Below are positions 57,543 to 64,000 of a stretch of 64,000 nt of DNA, piece by piece (within the stretch, counting starts at the first letter, position 1; the number at the start of each line of letters is the position of its first letter). The DNA is from an uncultured Nitrosopumilaceae archaeon (lineage in GTDB: Archaea > Thermoproteota > Nitrososphaeria > Nitrososphaerales > Nitrosopumilaceae), in contig CAZEFL010000001.1 of the NCBI GenBank assembly GCA_964511485.1, positions 14,259 through 78,258 on the forward strand. Reading direction: 5' to 3'. Position numbers and translations under genes: made by a program. A model generated the notes under the pieces. The model searched no databases. It was given only the letters and a program-made list of their open reading frames with translations, and was not told the origin of the DNA.

Positions 57543-58603
57543 ATTACTTTAGTACTCTTTGCAAGATTAAAAGCTCTTTTTTCAGTCATTTTAATTTCTT
57601 GCAAAATTGTGTATCTTTCTGGTCTTAGTTCTTGTGCAATAATTAAAGCTCTTACTATAATTTCTGGTTTTAATCCAATTTGTTTTGCAGTTGTTGGAGC
57701 TCCTACATCTTTCAATGTTTTTACAATGTGTTTCCAATCTTGTCCTTGTAACTTTGCCATCATTATAGAACCAATCCCACATTTTTCTCCATGAAGTCCA
57801 ATACCTGGAGCTAGTTTATCAAGAGCGTGTGAAAAAAGATGTTCTGCTCCCGAACATGGTCTGCTACTTCCTGCAATACATGATGCCACACCTGCGCTAA
57901 TTAATCCTTCAACAATTATTCTTGCATCTAATCCCTTTTTTGCAAAACTAGGAGAATTTTCCATGACTATTTTTGCACTCATCATGGCCAAGTCTGCTGC
58001 ATATCTTCCATAATACTCCTTTTTCTTTTTATGACCTAATTGCCAATCCTTTACTGCAATAATATTAGCAATTAGATCTCCACATCCACTAGCAAGTAAT
58101 TTTGAGGGAGCTTTCTTGATTACATCAATATCTACAAAAACACCCATCGGTGCAGATGCAATAATAGAATGAGGTTTATCACTTTTCACAGAAACAAATG
58201 GACTTGCCATTCCATCATGTGATGCTGCGGTTGGTAAACTAACAAATGGTTTACCTAAATTGTATGAAATTAGCTTTGCTGTATCTACAGAGCGACCTCC
58301 ACCGATCCCCACAATTAAATCAGAATTGTCTTTTTTAACATCTTTTTGAATCTCTTTTAATGATTTTAACTGATTATCTTTTGATGTATGCCAAGAAAAC
58401 TTGATTTTTTTTATTTTAATTGATTTTTCAATTTTTTTTCTTAACACTTTTTGGACATTAATTCCTGATATCAAAGAGACTTTTTTTGGTTTATTCAATA
58501 AATTTAAAAAATTTCCAAAATCTCCAATGTTTTTTTCACCGATTTTAATTAGCCTGGGTAATTCCATTGTATGAGATTGCATGTGATCTTGAATCTTTGT
58601 CAT
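57539..58603 (-). CDS. egsA: sn-glycerol-1-phosphate dehydrogenase
   Basis: GIGGGRSVDTAK, PTAASHDG, SRPCSGAEHLFSHALD, LHGE. Confidence 0.95.
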   Translation of the reverse strand: MTKIQDHMQSHTMELPRLIKIGEKNIGDFGNFLNLLNKPKKVSLISGINVQKVLRKKIEKSIKIKKIKFSWHTSKDNQLKSLKEIQKDVKKDNSDLIVGIGGGRSVDTAKLISYNLGKPFVSLPTAASHDGMASPFVSVKSDKPHSIIASAPMGVFVDIDVIKKAPSKLLASGCGDLIANIIAVKDWQLGHKKKKEYYGRYAADLAMMSAKIVMENSPSFAKKGLDARIIVEGLISAGVASCIAGSSRPCSGAEHLFSHALDKLAPGIGLHGEKCGIGSIMMAKLQGQDWKHIVKTLKDVGAPTTAKQIGLKPEIIVRALIIAQELRPERYTILQEIKMTEKRAFNLAKSTKVI

Positions 58604-58671
58604 TATTTATGATTTCAAGAGATCAAAAAGTTATTTAAAAGGGTGTCATGGCATTTACTTTATCTTAATAG

Positions 58672-59313
58672 GTGTATTTTTTGTCGAATAACGTTGAAGA
58701 AAAAATTCTGCACGGGACTACCACTGTAGGTATCAAAGCTAGTGATGGTGTTGTATTATGTGCCGATATGAGGGCCAGTGCTGGTTATTTTATTGCAAAT
58801 AACAATACTATGAAAATTCAACAAATTGACCTACACGCTGGATTAACCTTAGCAGGAGGAGTAGCTGACGCTCAAAACATTGTTGATGTTTTACGTTATC
58901 ATTCAAACCTTCATAGGGTTGACAAACAGAATCCAATTTCAATTCATTCACTTGCTAGATTATGTTCATTGATTTTTCATCAAAACAGAGGATATCCATT
59001 CATGGCAGATATTTTACTTGGTGGTTATGATCAAAGTGGTCCCTCATTGTTTAATGTAGATATGTTTGGTTCAGTTGAAGAAAAATCATATGTGACAACT
59101 GGTAGTGGTTCTCCTGTAGCTTATGGTTTACTTGAAGAAGAATACAGAAATGATCTTACCGTAGAAGAAGCAAAAAAAATAGCTCTTAGAGCTGTAAAGG
59201 CAGCAATTGTTAGAAACATTGGTACTGGCGATGGAATCAATATCGCAATTATGGACAAAGATGGATTCCGTCTTTTGACCGATGAACAAAAGAAAGCTGT
59301 CATCGAACTTTAG
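58672..59313 (+). CDS. psmB: Proteasome beta subunit
   Basis: Propeptide then HG/TTTVG catalytic Thr, AGGVAD, TGSGS. Confidence 0.95.
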   Translation: MYFLSNNVEEKILHGTTTVGIKASDGVVLCADMRASAGYFIANNNTMKIQQIDLHAGLTLAGGVADAQNIVDVLRYHSNLHRVDKQNPISIHSLARLCSLIFHQNRGYPFMADILLGGYDQSGPSLFNVDMFGSVEEKSYVTTGSGSPVAYGLLEEEYRNDLTVEEAKKIALRAVKAAIVRNIGTGDGINIAIMDKDGFRLLTDEQKKAVIEL

Positions 59314-59320
59314 TGATTTA

Positions 59321-61261
59321 ATGCAAAAAAAACAACAACAAAAAGAATTACCTCCTAGTAGCCAGAATATAATGGCAACCATACTGCAAAGTATACCAAA
59401 AGAAGCAAGTGTAACAAAAATAGAATATGAAGGACCACGAATTGCTCTCTATACAAATTCTCCACGATATCTATTAGAACACAATGATACAATTTCAAAT
59501 CTTGTAAATGTTATTAAAAAAAGAATTGTTATTAGAACTGATGAATCAATTAGAAAGCCTGAAGAGGAAGCTAGAAAAATTCTTTCAGAATGTGTTCCAA
59601 GAGAAGCAAATCTACAAGGAACAATTTTTGATACAACAACTGGTGAGGTTTCAGTTGAAGCAAAAAGACCTTGGTTGTTACAAAGAAATGCAAAGGAATT
59701 CAATCATGCTGAAGTTACTGAAAAAATAGGCTGGCGTTTACGTGTTAGAAAAGCTACAACTATTCCATCTCGTACAATTCAAACCATTAATGCAACTCTA
59801 AAACAAGCATCTTCTGAAAGAAGTAAGCAATTCAAACAAGTAGGAGATGAAATTTTTAGACCTAGATTATCCCAAAGAACTGAAGTTTCTCTTTATACTC
59901 TTGGAGGATTTGGGCAAGTTGGAAGATCTTCTATGTTATTATCTACTCCAGAAAGCAAAATTTTGGTTGATTGTGGAATTAATCCTGGAGCTCGTTCACC
60001 AATGGATGCATTTCCTCGATTAGACTCTTTAGATATTACATTAGATGATCTTGATGCAGTAGTAATTGGACATGCTCATTTAGATCATACAGGATTTTTA
60101 CCAACTTTATGTAAATATGGATATAAAGGTCCAATCTATTGTACTGAACCTACATTACCAATGATGAATTTGATTCAATTAGATGCAATCAAAGTAGCTG
60201 CTGCACAAGGAAGAACCCCGATTTACTCCGAAAGAGATGTAAAACAAATTATGAAACAGACAATTACTTTACCTTATGGAACTGTGACTGATATCTCACC
60301 AGACATAAAACTAGTTCTTGCAAATGCTGGTCATATTTTAGGTTCTGCATTATGTCATTTTCATATCGGAAACGGCGATCATAATTTTGTTTATTCTGGT
60401 GATATTAAATTTGGAAAAAGTATTTTGTTTGAGGCAGCATCATGGAACTTCCCTAGAGTAGAAACATTATTGATCGAAAGTACTTACGGACTAAAAGAAG
60501 ACATTCAACCAACCAGACAAGAAGTAGAATCTTCTTTCATTAATGCAGTTAACAACACTTTAGCAGATGGAGGTAAAGTATTGATTCCTATTCCTGCAGT
60601 TGGTCGTGCACAAGAAATCATGATGGTAATTGATCATTATATGAAATCTGGAGAGATGGTTGAGGCTCCAGTCTTTACAGAAGGAATGATTTCTGAGGCA
60701 TCTGCAATACATGAATCATACCCTGAGTATCTTGCAAGGGAACTTAAACAGAAGATCCTAGAAACTGATGACAATCCATTTGATTCCGAATATTTCACAA
60801 ATATTGAACATGCAGATGCTAGAGAAGAACCAATGAGAGACGATTCACCATGTATTATTTTAGCAACATCTGGAATGTTAGAAGGTGGACCAGTTTTAGA
60901 ATATTTCAAAAATATTGCACCTGATAAAAAGAATAAAGTTTTGTTTGTATCTTATCAAGTTAATGGCACTTTAGGGAGACGAGTTTTAGATGGTTCAAAA
61001 CAAGCAACCATGTTAGGCAAAGAAGGAAAAGTAGAAATTGTAACCATTAACTGTGGTGTTGAAAAGTTAGATGGATTTAGTGGTCATAGTGATTATAATC
61101 AATTAATGTCATTTGTACAAAGATTACGTCCAAAACTTCGTCGGGTGTTAGTTAATCATGGTGAACGTTCAAAATCAAAAAATCTTGCAATGAATATTGG
61201 AAGAATGTATAAAGTTCCTGCACACTTTCCTCAGGTTCAAGAAGCAATAAAATTATTTTAA
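59321..61261 (+). CDS. beta-CASP ribonuclease aCPSF1 (FttA)
   Basis: KH domains (EYEGP), HAHLDH, AGHILGS, AVGRAQE, FSGHSD; follows psmB; ATG at 59321. Confidence 0.95.
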   Translation: MQKKQQQKELPPSSQNIMATILQSIPKEASVTKIEYEGPRIALYTNSPRYLLEHNDTISNLVNVIKKRIVIRTDESIRKPEEEARKILSECVPREANLQGTIFDTTTGEVSVEAKRPWLLQRNAKEFNHAEVTEKIGWRLRVRKATTIPSRTIQTINATLKQASSERSKQFKQVGDEIFRPRLSQRTEVSLYTLGGFGQVGRSSMLLSTPESKILVDCGINPGARSPMDAFPRLDSLDITLDDLDAVVIGHAHLDHTGFLPTLCKYGYKGPIYCTEPTLPMMNLIQLDAIKVAAAQGRTPIYSERDVKQIMKQTITLPYGTVTDISPDIKLVLANAGHILGSALCHFHIGNGDHNFVYSGDIKFGKSILFEAASWNFPRVETLLIESTYGLKEDIQPTRQEVESSFINAVNNTLADGGKVLIPIPAVGRAQEIMMVIDHYMKSGEMVEAPVFTEGMISEASAIHESYPEYLARELKQKILETDDNPFDSEYFTNIEHADAREEPMRDDSPCIILATSGMLEGGPVLEYFKNIAPDKKNKVLFVSYQVNGTLGRRVLDGSKQATMLGKEGKVEIVTINCGVEKLDGFSGHSDYNQLMSFVQRLRPKLRRVLVNHGERSKSKNLAMNIGRMYKVPAHFPQVQEAIKLF

Positions 61262-61531
61262 ATCGTATTCTGGCTTCCAGATTTTTATTCCAGATGGAGC
61301 AACAATAATTCTCTCTTCTCCTAATCTTGCAATATCTGCACCAGCATTTTTTGCAATAGAATACAATTCTTCAACCACTTTACGAAGTTGTTCCACATCT
61401 TTTTGTGCTAATGGTGTAACTCTTAAAATCAAAATCATATCTTTTTTGATATCTTCTTTAATTGAATGAACATCACTGATATCTCTAATTGTTATGGCTT
61501 TCAAATATGTGGTATTTTCTTGTTTTTGCAT
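61253..61531 (-). CDS. sepF: Cell division protein SepF-like
   Basis: ILILRVTPL..LRKVVEEL..GADIARLGEERIIVAP. Confidence 0.8.
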   Translation of the reverse strand: MQKQENTTYLKAITIRDISDVHSIKEDIKKDMILILRVTPLAQKDVEQLRKVVEELYSIAKNAGADIARLGEERIIVAPSGIKIWKPEYDLK

Positions 61532-61604
61532 CCTTGTTGAAAATGTGATCTACTCATTCAAAAACTCTTCTTTAGTTTATGCTGATTTTTTAAAAATTTC
61601 ACGC

Positions 61605-62663
61605 CTACATTCTAAATTTAATATAAGATTTTTCTTCTGCTCTATAGGTAAAAATTTCCTCAGAAGAATTATCTTTTTTAATTGTGATAATTCCTTGTTG
61701 ATCTTTTGGAGCATCAGAATATCTGAGTGTAACTGATGATGCAAATTTTACATGAACTTTTGCATTCTTTCCTCGTAAAATTGAAATTGGTCCAACTACA
61801 TCTTTAGCCTCAAGTATAATATCTCCTGGCAATGCAATTGCTTTGATCATTTCATTTTCATCTTTATTTCTTCCAACTACAAATTTTGTTTCTTCATCTA
61901 ATCTGAAATGTCTTCCAATTTTTAATAAATCTATATCATTAATTGTTGGAGTTTCAACATGATCAAACAAATCTTTTGCTTTAATTCCAAATTGTGGCTC
62001 TGTTAACAAACAACCCCCGCCAGCATTTGGAGGATTTTCAATTCCATATTTTTTTGCCATCTCTAATTGGTTTCTTCTTGTTCTACCTCTGATCATTCCA
62101 AGATTTTCTCTTTTGATCAATCCATCTTTTTCAGGGATTGTTTCTGGTAACAATCCAGCAGATAACGGTCTTACAATTTTTCCAACTAGATCTGAATCCT
62201 TTTCAATAGTACTTAATGCAGGTCCATGTTGACTCATTGGACGTTGACCTAATACTTCACCTGAAATAATAAATTCTGCACCAATTTCTTCCATGTGTTT
62301 TTTTGCTGCATCAAACATCATTGTTCTACAATCTACACATGGATTGAAACCTGCACCAATTCCGTGTTTTGGATTTTTTAACATCTTGATATATTCATCA
62401 CCAAGATAAACTGTTTTCAAATTTACATTAAGATCATCTGATCTTTCTCTAATTTCAAATCCACAACCTCTACCACAATCAAAATCACAGAAAGGAGTTT
62501 TAATTGCAACTGCTGAAACATCAAAACCTTGTTCTTGCATCATTCGTACTGCAAGTTGACTATCTAATCCTCCTGATAGCAACGCAACAACTTTCTTCTT
62601 TTCTTTTTCTTCTGTCACGATAATTTGGACAAAATTTCCATATACAAACTTTACATCATACAT
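61605..62663 (-). CDS. ThiI-like PP-loop tRNA thiolation protein with DUF814-like tail
   Basis: SGGLDS, PCVDC, SGEVLGQRPMSQ, AGGGCLLT, GRHFR; true start probably near 62618. Confidence 0.85.
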   Translation of the reverse strand: MYDVKFVYGNFVQIIVTEEKEKKKVVALLSGGLDSQLAVRMMQEQGFDVSAVAIKTPFCDFDCGRGCGFEIRERSDDLNVNLKTVYLGDEYIKMLKNPKHGIGAGFNPCVDCRTMMFDAAKKHMEEIGAEFIISGEVLGQRPMSQHGPALSTIEKDSDLVGKIVRPLSAGLLPETIPEKDGLIKRENLGMIRGRTRRNQLEMAKKYGIENPPNAGGGCLLTEPQFGIKAKDLFDHVETPTINDIDLLKIGRHFRLDEETKFVVGRNKDENEMIKAIALPGDIILEAKDVVGPISILRGKNAKVHVKFASSVTLRYSDAPKDQQGIITIKKDNSSEEIFTYRAEEKSYIKFRM

Positions 62664-62683
62664 AAATTAAGAAACAGAGGTTT

Positions 62684-63754
62684 TTGGGTATGAGACAACG
62701 TAAAAAAAATCTTCTAAAATTTGCTAAAAAGATAGATTGTGATACATTAGTTACGTTTGAGCCTGAAAATTTGTTTTATATGACTGGATTTTGGGGTGAG
62801 GCGATTGGGTTGCTTGAAAAAAATGGCAAAACTACCATTATTGCTCCTGAACTTGAAGTAGGAAGGGCACGAGATGAATCTGAAGATTGTGATGTAATAA
62901 CAGCAGAACGTGGAACTGGCCTAATTTCATCATTAATAGAAAAAATTAAGAAAAATCAAGTTTGTACTGATTGCCAAAATTATTCTGTAATGATGTCCTT
63001 GAAAAAATCTATTCCAAAAATTAAATCATCAACAGAACCATTTTACAATTCTAGGATAATAAAAGATGAAAAAGAAGTCAAAATCCTCAAAAAAGCTTCA
63101 AAAATAATAGATGAAATATTTGATATTTGCACAAAAAAAATGAAAGTCGGTCAAAAAGAATCTGAATTACAAACAATTTTGATGAAATATGCATTAGAAC
63201 AAGAAATGTTTGATACTGGATACAAATCCACACTTAATCCATTAATCATTGCAGGAGGTCCAAATGGTGCTTTACCTCATGCTCAAGTATCTCAAAGAAA
63301 ATTCAAAAAAGGTGATCTCGTGGTAACTGATCTTACATTGAGATACAAAGGATATGTTTCAGATGCAACTAGAACATTTGCACTTGGAAAAATTTCATCT
63401 CAAGCAAATAATGCATATGAAATTGTAAAAGAATCACAAAAACTTGGTCTAAATGCTGTGAAACCTAATGTTGATTGTAAGGATGTAGATTTTGCATGCA
63501 GAAAATACATTGAAGATAAAAAATTTGGTCAATATTTTATTCACTCCACTGGCCACGGAATTGGTTTAGAAGTTCATGAACTTCCAACTATTTCATACAG
63601 AAGTGATACAAAATTAAGAGAAAATATGGCAATTACTGTAGAGCCTGGAATCTATATTGAAAATAAATTTGGAATAAGAATAGAAGATTCGTTAATTGTT
63701 AGAGATAGACCAATTGTAATGCACAAATTTACTAAAGATTTAGTTACAATTTGA
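62684..63754 (+). CDS. Xaa-Pro peptidase (M24 family)
   Basis: ALPH, GYVSDATRT, HSTGHGIGLEVHE, VEPGIY, GIRIED. Confidence 0.93.
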   Translation: MGMRQRKKNLLKFAKKIDCDTLVTFEPENLFYMTGFWGEAIGLLEKNGKTTIIAPELEVGRARDESEDCDVITAERGTGLISSLIEKIKKNQVCTDCQNYSVMMSLKKSIPKIKSSTEPFYNSRIIKDEKEVKILKKASKIIDEIFDICTKKMKVGQKESELQTILMKYALEQEMFDTGYKSTLNPLIIAGGPNGALPHAQVSQRKFKKGDLVVTDLTLRYKGYVSDATRTFALGKISSQANNAYEIVKESQKLGLNAVKPNVDCKDVDFACRKYIEDKKFGQYFIHSTGHGIGLEVHELPTISYRSDTKLRENMAITVEPGIYIENKFGIRIEDSLIVRDRPIVMHKFTKDLVTI

Positions 63755-63756
63755 AT

Positions 63757-64000
63757 TTAATCGTAGAAATCAACTTTATTGATTAAATATTTTGATTCAG
63801 AATTGTTTGATGAAATTTCACCTGAATTAGTATTTACATTCCAATCATAATTGATTTCTCCCTTGTGTGATTTAAAATTAAAAATAATTTGATATTCTTC
63901 TGAATTAATATTTGAAACAGTTAGATCAATTGATGTTTTTTTGTTATCAAATATTTTTTCATCTGGGTATTCTTCACTTATTTTGTCTTTAATTGCATCC
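63757..64000 (-). CDS. 3' end of a hypothetical protein running off the window
   Basis: Open frame DAIKDKISEEYPDEKIF...YDWNVNTNSGEI...VDFYD*. Confidence 0.7.
   Translation of the reverse strand, partial: DAIKDKISEEYPDEKIFDNKKTSIDLTVSNINSEEYQIIFNFKSHKGEINYDWNVNTNSGEISSNNSESKYLINKVDFYD

Noticed and set aside
364-61736. Numerous 60-130 aa ORFs antisense to or nested in core genes (e.g. 628-915, 4348-4698, 34334-34732, 54145-54543)
   Set aside because: Shadow frames of well-supported genes with no recognisable motifs.

Overview
AT-rich archaeal chromosomal window. Gene content and order point to an ammonia-oxidising thaumarchaeon (Nitrosopumilus/Nitrosarchaeum-like; inference from protein similarity recalled, not searched). 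It is mostly core housekeeping and contains the probable replication origin: PolD DP1, cdc6/orc1, an intergenic gap with ORB-like boxes (7497-7938), four small DNA-binding genes, GGGP synthase and PolD DP2. Further along are glyA, thermosome, glnA, GINS, CCA enzyme, RNase Z, PRPP synthetase, Rpo11-TFS-PCNA, aspartate kinase, cobalamin genes (cbiE, cobJ, bluB), TyrRS, RtcA, G1P dehydrogenase, proteasome beta, aCPSF1 and SepF. There are three tRNAs: Pro-GGG, Val-GAC, and Arg-CCT with a D-loop intron. No CRISPR array, IS element, integrase or rRNA was seen. The most notable signal is origin-proximal: a membrane-anchored coiled-coil/winged-helix gene embedded in a dense ATCACA/TGTGAT motif array that also runs through coding sequence, plus a separate TGTTAACA palindrome array upstream of a second wHTH gene. 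Together these are a candidate origin-tethering or segregation (or autoregulatory) module. Also found by hand: five micro-ORFs missing from the ORF track (AbrB-like, a tandem paralog pair, a Zn-finger, a metallothionein-like Cys/His peptide) and two pseudogenes (cupredoxin-like, MtrA-like). All calls come from reading the sequence; no database searches were run.
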